Counted from the first letter of the stretch, positions 48,102 to 58,370 are shown. The stretch is 64,000 nt of DNA from Oscillospiraceae bacterium (GCA_009780345.1 WRAG01000006.1:547-64546), one strand, 5' to 3'. Translations and numbers: made by a program. The notes: generated from the sequence alone by a model not told the origin.

Positions 48102-49193
48102 ATGAGCAATAATAACAGGCATCAGTTCTTCGCGCCGGGAAGTACGCCGAATACTTTGGTTCCGCGATACGGATATATGAGTCCGCAAAACAGAATGTAC
48201 CAAGATTCGAATTTTCAGAATCGTATTCCGGTCGGTTCGGTCGTTCACACGACAGGCGGCACATACCAACTGACGAGCAACGGCGGTCAGCGGGTTCAAC
48301 CGCAGCCCGCTCCGAACTTCATGTCGCAGAATAACTTCCAAACGCAAGCGCATGCCAACAATATGCGACAGCTTCAAACAAACGCGCTGCATTCCGCGAT
48401 TGCGCAAAATAATTTTGCGGCGCAGCAGAGAGTGCAGGACTATAACAATATGCGCCGCGAAGTGAATCAAACCGCCGAAGAACGGGCGAGACAAGCGTAT
48501 GTTCAGCGACTGCGTTCAATGAACAGTTTGCCGCGCTTACTGCAAGCGCAAGGAATTTCGGGCGGCGCGGCGGAAAGCACCGCCGCAAGAATGTCGAGCA
48601 ATTTCGATAATTTGCAATTCGGCATCATGCAAAATCGCGATAACGAACTTTTCAACATTCAAAACCGAATCGCGCAAGCGAGAACGCTTGCCGCGCAAAA
48701 CGAAGCGAATATCAGAAGTCAGCACGCAATGCAGCAAATGCAACTAGAGCAAAATCTTGAAGATCGGCGTATGCAAGCGTTTGACCGCGAGCGAGCGGAT
48801 TGGGAACGTCAACGACAGGAGATGATTGCGACAATTCCGCAACATTACGACGATTTCCAAGCGCATATCAACTATTTAAGAGCAGTTGGCGACCCATACA
48901 ACTTGATTCCGCACGTTACAATGGCAAGAAATGAGAAGATCAGAAATCAAGAGTTGGAAACAGAGTCACGACAGGCGGAAGACGAAGCAAGATTCAATCA
49001 ATACTTAACAACCATTCAAGCTCTTCCGCCGCATATGATCTGGAATCATATGTTGCATTACGAGCCGAATAGTTGGGTTTACAATGTACTTCGAGGATTT
49101 TACGAAGCAGCGATAGAGCGCGAACGGCTGATAAGGCAAAACATCGAAACGCACAACGCAAACACCGCCCATAGATGGGGACTTGTTCGGTAA
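48102..49193 (+). CDS. Q/N/R-rich helical protein, possible internal virion/ejection protein
   Basis: ARQAYVQ..LP..LQAQGISGGAAES pattern, helical composition, last gene of the cassette. Confidence 0.4.
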   Translation: MSNNNRHQFFAPGSTPNTLVPRYGYMSPQNRMYQDSNFQNRIPVGSVVHTTGGTYQLTSNGGQRVQPQPAPNFMSQNNFQTQAHANNMRQLQTNALHSAIAQNNFAAQQRVQDYNNMRREVNQTAEERARQAYVQRLRSMNSLPRLLQAQGISGGAAESTAARMSSNFDNLQFGIMQNRDNELFNIQNRIAQARTLAAQNEANIRSQHAMQQMQLEQNLEDRRMQAFDRERADWERQRQEMIATIPQHYDDFQAHINYLRAVGDPYNLIPHVTMARNEKIRNQELETESRQAEDEARFNQYLTTIQALPPHMIWNHMLHYEPNSWVYNVLRGFYEAAIERERLIRQNIETHNANTAHRWGLVR

Positions 49194-49200
49194 GAGAACA

Positions 49201-49246
49201 GTCAATTTAAAAAATGCCCTGCTAGCAGGGCATTTTTTAAATTGAC
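49201..49246. terminator. Perfect palindrome closing the phage-like cassette
   Basis: gtcaatttaaaaaatgccctgct/agcagggcattttttaaattgac; overlaps the -35 of the next gene. Confidence 0.8.
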
Positions 49247-49305
49247 AAATAACAAAACAAATGTTACAATGCTAACTGATATATGTACAGAACGGAGCAT
49301 ATTAA

Positions 49306-49704
49306 ATGTATTTAACCAAAGAGTGCGACTACGGTATAAGGGTGATTCGAGCTTTAGCGACGGGAAATAAGAAAACCGTAAAAGAAATATGCGGCTCAGA
49401 GCTTATTCCTAAGCAGTTTGGATATAAAATCTTAAAAAAGTTAGAACATGCCGGCTTTTTGCGAAGCATACGCGGCTGCGACGGCGGATATCAATTAATC
49501 AAACCTCCTGATACTTTTACGATTTTTGACATAGTATCCGCAGTCGATCAAAGCTTGTTTATAACCGACTGCCTGCGAAAAGATAATGACTGCAATTTCA
49601 AAAGCAGAGCACAAGTTTGCGCTGTTCATCTAGAATTCGAGCGCATACAAAAAGAATTATCCACCGAATTGAAACGATATACCATAGCTGAACTGATGTC
49701 ATAA
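49306..49704 (+). CDS. Rrf2 family transcriptional regulator
   Basis: DYGIR, KILKKL..AG..SIRGCDGGY, three C-terminal Cys; TTGACA-17-TACAAT promoter at 49242-49270. Confidence 0.92.
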   Translation: MYLTKECDYGIRVIRALATGNKKTVKEICGSELIPKQFGYKILKKLEHAGFLRSIRGCDGGYQLIKPPDTFTIFDIVSAVDQSLFITDCLRKDNDCNFKSRAQVCAVHLEFERIQKELSTELKRYTIAELMS

Positions 49705-49745
49705 AACATCATAAAAAAAGAGCCAAATTCGGCTCTTTTTTAGTT

Positions 49746-50279
49746 CTATAACAGTAATATCCCCAAAATCGCGGAGATAAGTATAATCAACACAGGATTT
49801 ATCTTTTTAACGAATGACAGCGAACCCGCAACCATGAAAATCGCGACACTTGCGGCGACATTACGAACATCGCCGAACGGCGACATCATAAAAAACGTAT
49901 ATCCCGCACTTGCGATAAGCCCAATGGTTACAGGGCGAACGCCGTGCAGTATGCTTTGCGTCAAGCTAGCTTGGTAGAATTTTTTGAAAAAATGAGCAAC
50001 CAACAAAACCAGTATAAACGACGGCGCGATCAGTCCTATTATCGCCGCAACGGCTCCAATAGGTCCCGCCATTGCGTAACCAACGTATCCCGCCGCGTTC
50101 GCACCCATAGGGCCGGGACTTATCTGTGTAACCGCGACAATATCCGCGAATTCGTAAAGCGTCATCCATCCCCGGTTTACAACCTCGTATTGAAGCAACG
50201 GAATAATCGCGTACCCGCCGCCAAACCCAAGCAACCCGAGCATAAAAAACACCCAAAACAACTCTAAAAGTATGGTCAT
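49746..50279 (-). CDS. Short-chain chromate transporter subunit
   Basis: FGGGYA, QISPGP. Confidence 0.9.
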   Translation of the reverse strand: MTILLELFWVFFMLGLLGFGGGYAIIPLLQYEVVNRGWMTLYEFADIVAVTQISPGPMGANAAGYVGYAMAGPIGAVAAIIGLIAPSFILVLLVAHFFKKFYQASLTQSILHGVRPVTIGLIASAGYTFFMMSPFGDVRNVAASVAIFMVAGSLSFVKKINPVLIILISAILGILLL

Positions 50280-50830
50280 GACTTATCATTCTCCTTCCCA
50301 CGCTTAAAAAGGAAAATTAAAAGCCCGGCAACCGCGCCGAATAGTATGATATAAACTTTATTGATTCTCAACACAACTGCCGCAACGATTGCAACAATCA
50401 AAAGTACGATACCGATCCAATTTTTGATTGTTCGCCTGCCTAAATCAAACGCGAGATGTAAAAGCATAGCCGAAAGTCCGATAGTTACCCCACGAAACGC
50501 CCTTTTAACATAAACATTCTCCACCGCCGCGGGAAGTACTGCCGCAACCGTAAATATCGCTATTAACGACGGCAGGATAACGGCAAACGCCGCAATAAGC
50601 GAGCCGAATATTCCGCCGACTTTATATCCAACGTAAAATGCAACTTTTACGATAATCATTCCCGGCAAAGTTTGCGCTACCGCGAAAATATCCAAAATTT
50701 CGTCCCTTGAAATCCAATCACGCTTGTCCACAACCTCACGCTCAATAAGCGGAAGCATAACAAGCCCTCCGCCTACTGTAACCACCGATGTTTTAAAGAA
50801 AATCCAAAATAGTTGCAGATTCTTTTTCAT
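50276..50830 (-). CDS. Short-chain chromate transporter subunit
   Basis: TVGGGLVM, AQTLPG. Confidence 0.9.
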   Translation of the reverse strand: MKKNLQLFWIFFKTSVVTVGGGLVMLPLIEREVVDKRDWISRDEILDIFAVAQTLPGMIIVKVAFYVGYKVGGIFGSLIAAFAVILPSLIAIFTVAAVLPAAVENVYVKRAFRGVTIGLSAMLLHLAFDLGRRTIKNWIGIVLLIVAIVAAVVLRINKVYIILFGAVAGLLIFLFKRGKENDKS

Positions 50831-50964
50831 AAATTTCGAGAACTCCTCGCCACATCGCTATTCTACACCATCAACTGTAAGTTGTCAATGATTTCCTAAT
50901 TTTGCGCCCTCGGAGATGACCTCTAAAAAACGAAAGCGGTAAATTACCGCCTTAATTATAAAAA

Positions 50965-51525
50965 TCACATATCATTAAAATACCTCACTATCCCCGAAAA
51001 TATCCCCCACGCAAGTTTGCGTTGATACTCCTCGGTTCGAAGCATTGCCGCCTCGGCGGGATTGCTTAAAAACCCACACTCCACCAACACCGCCGGAACC
51101 ATTGAGTTTTTCAACACGAAAATTTGCGTATTCACCGGTTTAATCTCCCGCGGATTATCTTCTCCAACCGCTTGCGCAATCCCTGCCCTTATGCTCGTCG
51201 CAAGCGTTTGACTTCCCTCGTTTGAAGTGCTGTAAAACACCTGCGCGCCGCTATATCGGCTATCAGCGAACGTGTTCATATGTATGCTGATAAACATATC
51301 GGCATTTGATTCGTCTCTATCGCGAACACGCTCAAGCAAGTCGCTGCGCCGCTGCGTCATTCCGGCGGGACGATCAGGGTCAAACGTTCCGCGGTCGTCA
51401 TATCGGGTAAGAATCGCAACCCCGCCGCTTTGCTCGATAAACTCTTGAAGTTTCAGCGCAATCGCAAGGTTTATCTCCTTTTCGATTGTTCCATGCCCCG
51501 ACGCCCCGTCGTCAATCCCTCCATG
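50965..51525 (-). CDS. cwlD: 3' segment of interrupted germination-specific amidase CwlD
   Basis: HGGIDDGASGHGTIEKEINLAIA..LTR..ISIHMN..GAQVFY..VLVECGFLSNPAEA..YQRKLAWGIFSGIVRYF; no start or RBS of its own. Confidence 0.85.
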   Translation of the reverse strand, partial: HGGIDDGASGHGTIEKEINLAIALKLQEFIEQSGGVAILTRYDDRGTFDPDRPAGMTQRRSDLLERVRDRDESNADMFISIHMNTFADSRYSGAQVFYSTSNEGSQTLATSIRAGIAQAVGEDNPREIKPVNTQIFVLKNSMVPAVLVECGFLSNPAEAAMLRTEEYQRKLAWGIFSGIVRYFNDM

Positions 51526-51548
51526 AGGAGCGTACGCATAAGTACAAC

Positions 51549-51671
51549 CGTCGCAACTCGCCCTCGAACTCGTTTTCGTACAAAAATCGTCCGAAAAGCT
51601 TCGTCTTATGGGCGTTTTGCTCCTTTATCCCAAAAAATTTCGGCTAAAGCCTGCATTTTTCGGGAGCCCTA
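51549..51671 (-). repeat. Intergenic repeat family A, copy 2
   Basis: Homologous to 4621..4744; fills the gap between the att arm and the recombinase stop. Confidence 0.85.
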
Positions 51672-53354
51672 CTAAAAATTCCACACAATTTTGATTTCCC
51701 TCGGCACATTTTTATCGCCAACCTTGCCGACATAAATCGTTTTGATAAATCCACCCACGATTTCGTGAGTAAGTTTATCAATCCGCGAATACTTGACGAT
51801 TATCTTCTCTTTAATATTGTCGTCAGCTAATCCCTGCTTGATAGCTTCAATTTCCATATCAATCCTTGAAACACGCTCGTTGAAGGTATCAATGCTATCC
51901 TGCGCGGTTTTGCTAAACTGAATAAATTGCTCCGATGTGATAATTCCGTCAACTCGGTCGGAATAAAGCAACTCTATAACCTTATTCTTCTTTTCGAGTT
52001 GCGCCGCAATGTCCGACTTCTCCTTCGCAAGCTTATCCAACTTGCGTTGCTTACCGGCGTCGTCAACCTTGATTTTCGCGGAATCGTGATATTCAGTCAG
52101 CAATTTATTGACCTCAATCAAGACAATATCCTCTAACGCGTCAAATCGAATAGACTTTCCGTTATCGCAAACATCAGTTGAATTGTTATAGGTTCGGCAC
52201 TTCAGATACCGAAATCCGCCCTTGTTCTCCGGTGTGTTCACCTTTGTCAGCGTATTTTCGCAAACACCGCAGAACACTTTTCCGTTAAAGATATGCTTCT
52301 CGCCTGTTCGCTTATCGGGACGAGTTCTCGTGGAAAGTTTCGCTTGAACTCGCTCCCAAATATCCATACCAATAATCGGCTCGTGCGCATTGAAAGTCCG
52401 TGTCCACTTATCACGAGAATGAATCCGCCGCTTTTTATTCTTATAACTGATATTCTCGGTTTTGTTTTGGCAAAGCGTTCCGATATATTCCTCTTTGCGA
52501 AGTATGTAGTAAATCGTGTCATTCGTCCACATATTGCCCGTAACGCGCTGGCGATTACTGTCGCGATTGCTGTATTTTGAACCTTTCGATTTTTTGTAAT
52601 TAGCCGGATTGAGGATTCCGCGATTATTCAAATTTTGAGCAATCGTTAAATATCCCATACCGTTCAAGAACATATCGAAAATCTCGCGAACAACTTCCGC
52701 CGCTTCCTCGTCAATCACAAGATGATTTTTATCAAGCGGGTCGCGCATAAACCCGTACGGCGCGAACGAACCCGTCCACTCGCCGTTCTGCTTTTTGTGA
52801 TTGAGCGTTCGGCGAATATTATCCGATAAATCTTCGAGATACCATTCGTTAATCAGTCCGTTGATTTGCCGCGATTTTTTGTTTCCCTTAATATCGGTAT
52901 CGGCGTTGTCAACAATCGAAACAAATCGGATATTCCATTCCAAAAATTTATCGTGGATATATTTTTCAACCATTTCCAACTCACGACTAAAACGCGATTG
53001 AGTTTTGCATAAGACAATATTAAATTTTTGTTCTTCCGCATCTGCGATTAGCTTGTTCCACTCGGGGCGACTTTTGTCCGCGCCCGAATAATCTTCATCG
53101 CAGTAAATTTTATAAACATCCCAGCCCTTTTCCATTGCATACGCGACAAGCATGGATTTTTGATTCTGTATGCTTTCACTTTCATCCGTCGCGTTACGCT
53201 TGTCCCTGTCCTCGTCCGACAGGCGGACGTAAATTGCCACTTTGCTGAGTTGTCCAAATCTCTGATTTGGCGAACAACTCGTACTTGAAGATTTCCCAAG
53301 AACGCAAGACGGGCTTTTGTCGCCGCGTGATTGGTTGAAATCCACCGTGTTCAT
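51672..53354 (-). CDS. Large serine recombinase (SpoIVCA/CisA/TndX-like)
   Basis: IYVRLS (catalytic Ser), SIQNQ, D..YSG..RP, SRFSR, APYGF, HEPII, zinc ribbon CGVC..C, coiled coil. Confidence 0.95.
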   Translation of the reverse strand: MNTVDFNQSRGDKSPSCVLGKSSSTSCSPNQRFGQLSKVAIYVRLSDEDRDKRNATDESESIQNQKSMLVAYAMEKGWDVYKIYCDEDYSGADKSRPEWNKLIADAEEQKFNIVLCKTQSRFSRELEMVEKYIHDKFLEWNIRFVSIVDNADTDIKGNKKSRQINGLINEWYLEDLSDNIRRTLNHKKQNGEWTGSFAPYGFMRDPLDKNHLVIDEEAAEVVREIFDMFLNGMGYLTIAQNLNNRGILNPANYKKSKGSKYSNRDSNRQRVTGNMWTNDTIYYILRKEEYIGTLCQNKTENISYKNKKRRIHSRDKWTRTFNAHEPIIGMDIWERVQAKLSTRTRPDKRTGEKHIFNGKVFCGVCENTLTKVNTPENKGGFRYLKCRTYNNSTDVCDNGKSIRFDALEDIVLIEVNKLLTEYHDSAKIKVDDAGKQRKLDKLAKEKSDIAAQLEKKNKVIELLYSDRVDGIITSEQFIQFSKTAQDSIDTFNERVSRIDMEIEAIKQGLADDNIKEKIIVKYSRIDKLTHEIVGGFIKTIYVGKVGDKNVPREIKIVWNF

Positions 53355-53397
53355 TGCAACCCTCCAAACAAAGCGACTATTGAATCTTGGGTGTATA

Positions 53398-53544
53398 TTA
53401 ACATAGCTCCACCTCGTTTGCCAAGTCTTTTTTTATTAAATTTGAAATTTTCCGATTTATTATCTCGGCAAGTTCCGTCTTATCTTGGGTGGAAATTATG
53501 TTGATGATTTTGTATTCAACCTTTTTCGATGTGTTATTTTTCAT
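53398..53544 (-). CDS. 48-aa basic ORF upstream of the recombinase (candidate directionality factor)
   Basis: MKNNTSKKVEYKIINIISTQDKTELAEIINRKISNLIKKDLANEVELC; GGGAG RBS. Confidence 0.5.
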   Translation of the reverse strand: MKNNTSKKVEYKIINIISTQDKTELAEIINRKISNLIKKDLANEVELC

Positions 53545-53774
53545 AAGAAATCACACTCCCAAAATGCAATTTGATTCCCTACAATTTTATTATTATTTGT
53601 GCGCTTGTATTCCTTTTTGTACATCGCACCTTCCTCTCATTCTTTAGATTCGCATCGACATCAGCAAATAAATTCGCTATAATCAATACGAGTTAATTAT
53701 AATTCATTTTGCAAACAAGGCCAATGCTTTTATGTAAAACGCAATCGATTTTAACAAGGAGGACAAAGTTTAAT

Positions 53775-53969
53775 ATGAATGTCAAAAATAATTACGAATC
53801 ACCATTTCCGACAAGGTTGCGGAAATTAATTGAAGAAAAACGGACGAGCCAAAAATCGCAGATTTCGCTGGAGTTACAAGTCAGTCGGTCGCACAATGGA
53901 AAGATGGAAAAGCAATCGCAGAGGGGAAAAAATTTTGGAAAATGGTTGAATATTTACAACGCGCGATAA
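53775..53969 (+). pseudogene. Frameshifted XRE-family HTH repressor remnant
   Basis: FPTRLRKLIEEKRTSQK continues in another frame as IADFAGVTSQSVAQWKDGK; AGGAGG RBS. Confidence 0.65.
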
Positions 53970-54298
53970 AAGAATATCGCAATTATGAAACGGTGAGTCA
54001 AAATGAGTTTTGCGGCGCAATTCCCGATGTAGTCGGAGCAGAAAACGAAGGAAGATTTCTGGTCGAAAGTTTTGGCAAGTCGATTATCAGGGCGAATTAG
54101 GTGTCAATTTTTTGTACATATCAAGCGGTGGATTTATTTAAGAAGATTATTGAGGATTTGCCTGAGGATTTTTGGTAAAAATCCATTGGGTTGAATTGAA
54201 ATTAACGGCGAGATTTTTTTGCTGATTCAGAACAAGCAACGCGGTAAACATTGAGAAATATCCGTACGCCGCACGCCGAGTCAACGCGTGCAATAGGG

Positions 54299-54835
54299 CG
54301 TTTATAGAATTCACAAGCAATGCACGTGGTCACCTACTGTGCGGCACTTCACAAAAATTTCCTGTCAGAATCTTTTGGTGAAGTTGCTTGTTGGGAAGTA
54401 TCCCAAACCCTCGAAGTCGTCCGCAAAAATCGGACGATTTTCAAGCCGCTTCGCGTCTGCTAAACGTTCAAATTTCTACAAAATTTGAACGTTGAAAAAC
54501 TGTAAAAACGAGTGAAGCTTTCACGATTAGTTTTTCTGAATTAGCAAAAATTTATTTCAAATGTTTTGAGGAAACCTTTAAAAATTTTTGTAGTTTTTTT
54601 CAAACCTTTTCATCGAAAATTATAACATTTATTTTTGAATTTTTCAAAAATATCAGCAGGCGCAAAGCGGCTTAAAAAGTAAAAATCGCCACAATCAACT
54701 TATGACGATTTTTGATTTACTGGGAGTTTTATGACAAATCCTCAACAAGTGCTTTTGTAGTTTTACCGAATAGGTAAATTTGCAAAAAGTTAGCGTGTGT
54801 TACAACACATGCATTGCTTGCGAGTTCTGCAAACG
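54299..54835. repeat. IR-bounded non-coding element downstream of hsdR
   Basis: 23/28 inverted repeat at 54299-54326 / 54808-54835, internal hairpins, no long ORF. Confidence 0.5.
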
Positions 54836-54871
54836 ACATTTTTATAAAATATTAAAAATATTTAGAATAAT

Positions 54872-57800
54872 TTAATTATCTGCCCACATTTCACACTGGG
54901 TCATAACTGTTGAGATTACATCTTCCACGCCTTCCGGCGGATATTTATATTTTTTAAGAAGTCGTTTAACCATACGTCGCATATCAGCGCGAGCAGATTC
55001 TTTTTTCTGCCAATCAATAGTACGACTTTTACGAAGCAAATCTGTAAGCTCTTGTGTCATTTCAATAAGAACATCATTTTGATAAAAATCTTTTATTGCC
55101 GTTGATTTTGTAAGCGCGTCATAAAAAGCCAATTCCTCATAGGACAACCCAAGTTCATCGCCTTCTTCTTGCGCTGTTGTCATATCTTTTGCCATTTTCA
55201 TCAACTCAGCGATTACTTCCTCGTTAGAAATCATACCATTTATATACTCTTTAATCAAGCGGGACATCATTTCAGAAAACTTTTCCGATTTTACGAAATT
55301 GGTTTTTCGATAAAGTGAAATTTGTTCCGCTAATAGTTTTTTAAGTATCTCAACCGCCAAGTTGCGTTCTTCCATATTCGCAATTTCAGCAAGAAACTTC
55401 GAGTCAAATAACGAAAATTCTTTGTCAATATCCGAAAACAAATTGATTACGCCTTTACTTTGAATGCTCGCTTTTAAAAGTTCGTTCACACGTTCGTTGA
55501 TTTCTTTGAGCGACAAAGGTTTGTCTTCGCTGGAAATGCGAGTTAAAAGTGTGCGTACAGTTTCAAAATATGCCGCTTCAAGTCTTTGTTGCGAATTCAA
55601 CAATGAACGACAAAGCGACAATGCTTGACGTAACAACATTGATTCTTTGATATATTCTTCTTTTTGTTTTTCTTTGTCGATTGCAGATAAGAAATTTACA
55701 CCGCCGCTAATAGTCTTTGCTCTTTGCAAGTCAGTAGATTTATCGTCCATAAATTCTGAATGATCAAATCCGTGCAACAAGTCTCGACAAACTTCCAATT
55801 TTTCAATAAATTTCGGCAAGGCGGTTTTGGCAATATCTTGTTCGCTATAATTTTGCTTGTCGCGTTTAGTGTAGTCGTTCATCGCTTGCTTTAATGCGCC
55901 TGCGATACCGACATAATCCACAACCAAACCACCCTCTTTTTCCTTATAAACACGGTTGACGCGCGCGATTGCCTGCATAAGATTGTGTCCGGACATTGGT
56001 TTATAGACATACATTGTTGCAAGGGATGGCACATCAAATCCTGTCAGCCACATATCCACAACAATAGCAATTTTCAACGGGTCATCGTCGTCTTTAAATT
56101 TCTTTGCCATTTCGTCTTTGTGTCTTTTGTTTCCGATAATCCCTCGCCATTCTTCGGGGTCTTTATTATCAGAAGTCATTACAACGCCGAGTTTTTCGTT
56201 CCAATTCGGCCTCATTTGTAATAACTTTTTATAAATATCCATTGCAATCGGGCGTGAATATGCTACAATCATTGCTTTACCGGTTAATTCATACTGTCGA
56301 TTTTCTTCATAGTGCTTAATGATATCTTCGCATAGTGTAGTTATGGTTTGTTCGTTGCCGAGAATAGAATCCATTTTCCCAAGTTCTTTTTTACTTTTTT
56401 CAATCGCGTGTGGTTCAGCGTTTGCTGCCATAATTTCATATTCGACATCAATAAGTCGTAAAATATCTTCGTCAAGTTTCAGGTGAATAACACGGCTTTC
56501 GTAATAAACGGGACGTGTCGCGCCATCTTCAACCGCCTGCGTCATATCATATACATCAATATAATCGCCGAAAACTTCAATAGTTGAACGGTCTTTTGAG
56601 GAAATTGGGGTTCCTGTAAATCCTATGTAAGTTGCGTTCGGTAAACTTTCGCGAATAATTAGTCCGAATGATTTTTTGATTTGCCCTTCCACGCTCACTT
56701 TTTCGTCAACAAATTGACTGCGATGCGCTTCGTCCGCGATAACAACTATATTTCGGCGATCTGAAAGAACGTCAAACGATTCCTCGAACTTTTGCGCCGT
56801 AGTAAATATGATACCATTAGCTTCTCGCCCTGCTAACAATTCTTTCAAATTTGCACGGCTTGTAGCGCGTTCCGGAGTTTGTCGAAGAAAATCGGCGCAC
56901 TTTGAAAACTGTCCATAAAGTTGGTCGTCAAGGTCATTTCGATCGGTTAATACGACAATCGTTGGTGAATTAAGTGCATCTTGCAACAATTTTGCGTAAA
57001 ACACCATTGACAACGACTTGCCACTACCTTGCGTATGCCAAAACACACCGCCTTTGCCATCTGTTTCAGTAGCTTTTGCAGAAGATGTCACAGCCTTACA
57101 AACCGCAAAATATTGGTGATAAGCGCCTAAAATTTTTGCATCGTCAGAAAAACAGATGAAATTCTTAATAATATCGAGTAAACGCGCTTTGTTAAATATT
57201 CCTTCAATTAAGGTATCATAATCCGCATACTGTGTGCTTTCGTAACTACCGTCTTTACTTTTCCATTCCATAAAACGGTCTTCGCTTGCCGTAATGGTTC
57301 CGGCTTTTGATATTGCAAGGTCACTTGTTATCAAAAAAGCGTTATAAGTAAACAAAATTGGGATTTCGTGCATATAATTGCGAAGTTGATTGTATGCTTC
57401 ACTTACATCGGCTTCCTCGCGCGACGGTGATTTCACCTCAAACACCACCAACGGCAAACCGTTTATAAATATAATAATATCCGGGCGTTTTGTACTATTT
57501 TCTGAAATAGTCCATTGATTAGCGACAATAAAACTATTTTTACCGGGGTTTTCAAAATCTATCAGTCGTACCAAGGTCGCATGTTGTTCGCCGTTGTCGA
57601 AATAATTTACTTCAACACCGTTTTGAAGGTAATCCGTAAACTGTTTATTCTTTTGTATAAGAGCGCCGCTTCCGAAGTCGCGTAATTTGGCGACCGCCTC
57701 ACTTAACGCACTTTCCGGCAGTTTCGGATTAACACGCCGCAGAGCTGACATAAGCTCGTCTAAATAAAGCGCATCAGAATAATCCCGCGCCACATCCGGT

Positions 57801-57880
57801 CCGTAAATATGCGTATAGCCCAACGTGTTACGAAGTATTTCAATTATAGCATTTTCGTAGTTAGCTTCGGTGAACGACAT
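54872..57880 (-). CDS. hsdR: Type I restriction enzyme R subunit
   Basis: RPDIIIFINGLPLVVFEVK, WHTQGSGKS, DEAH, GFTGTP, MWLTGFDVP, QAIARVNR. Confidence 0.96.
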   Translation of the reverse strand: MSFTEANYENAIIEILRNTLGYTHIYGPDVARDYSDALYLDELMSALRRVNPKLPESALSEAVAKLRDFGSGALIQKNKQFTDYLQNGVEVNYFDNGEQHATLVRLIDFENPGKNSFIVANQWTISENSTKRPDIIIFINGLPLVVFEVKSPSREEADVSEAYNQLRNYMHEIPILFTYNAFLITSDLAISKAGTITASEDRFMEWKSKDGSYESTQYADYDTLIEGIFNKARLLDIIKNFICFSDDAKILGAYHQYFAVCKAVTSSAKATETDGKGGVFWHTQGSGKSLSMVFYAKLLQDALNSPTIVVLTDRNDLDDQLYGQFSKCADFLRQTPERATSRANLKELLAGREANGIIFTTAQKFEESFDVLSDRRNIVVIADEAHRSQFVDEKVSVEGQIKKSFGLIIRESLPNATYIGFTGTPISSKDRSTIEVFGDYIDVYDMTQAVEDGATRPVYYESRVIHLKLDEDILRLIDVEYEIMAANAEPHAIEKSKKELGKMDSILGNEQTITTLCEDIIKHYEENRQYELTGKAMIVAYSRPIAMDIYKKLLQMRPNWNEKLGVVMTSDNKDPEEWRGIIGNKRHKDEMAKKFKDDDDPLKIAIVVDMWLTGFDVPSLATMYVYKPMSGHNLMQAIARVNRVYKEKEGGLVVDYVGIAGALKQAMNDYTKRDKQNYSEQDIAKTALPKFIEKLEVCRDLLHGFDHSEFMDDKSTDLQRAKTISGGVNFLSAIDKEKQKEEYIKESMLLRQALSLCRSLLNSQQRLEAAYFETVRTLLTRISSEDKPLSLKEINERVNELLKASIQSKGVINLFSDIDKEFSLFDSKFLAEIANMEERNLAVEILKKLLAEQISLYRKTNFVKSEKFSEMMSRLIKEYINGMISNEEVIAELMKMAKDMTTAQEEGDELGLSYEELAFYDALTKSTAIKDFYQNDVLIEMTQELTDLLRKSRTIDWQKKESARADMRRMVKRLLKKYKYPPEGVEDVISTVMTQCEMWADN

Positions 57881-57905
57881 AGGATGACCACCTTCTTCTT
57901 TATTA

Positions 57906-58370
57906 TCATTGATTGCTATAGTAACATCTCTTAACTTCATCTCCAAACTTATCAAAAACCCACTCAATGCCTTTTTCTCCATATCTAATAACAATATATT
58001 TTGGAATATTATCGGTATGCCATCTTAGCCTGTCTTGATATTCATTATATTCAGCTAATGTAGGATTATAGTATGAAGCGAAGAAAGGGTTATAGGTTGA
58101 CGTTTGTTGCATTTGTGGTCTTGGCTGATTGATAAAATTTTTAGCGGCAAGCATTGCATTGTAAACCACAATTTCTTTTTCATAATGCTCTTCGGTTTTT
58201 CCCAGTCTATAAACGGGGGCAAAAATATTCGATGAATTTATTGCAATTAAATTGTCGTCCCGAAAATTTCAATCTTCTTTTAATTCAACTGCATTTTTGC
58301 CGATAGTTATAATAAAATCAACTACATCTTGTGGTGTAACATTGAAACTCCAATAATTATTATTTATCAT
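57906..58370 (-). pseudogene. Hypothetical gene with in-frame TGA at codon 34
   Basis: GAGG RBS, ATG at 58370, TGA at 58269-58271; same frame continues into ORF 57906..58169. Confidence 0.5.

Larger units (their letters stand above)
41584..49193 (+). mobile_element. Phage-derived structural cassette (podovirus-like, lacks packaging/integration genes)
   Basis: Co-oriented scaffold-capsid-adaptor-nozzle-fibre-LRR-small-amidase-ejection-like genes between two terminators. Confidence 0.75.

Noticed and set aside
51491-51500. Longer 10-bp direct repeat ccatgccccg also matching 63297-63306 as the att core
   Set aside because: Recombining here would delete GIDDGASGHG and destroy the HGGxDxGA amidase motif, and it is not centred between the inverted arms. 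It is a second Gly-His-Gly codon run.
58269-58271. Selenocysteine or recoded TGA
   Set aside because: No redox motif or evident SECIS, and other genes here use TGA as stop; a nonsense mutation is simpler.
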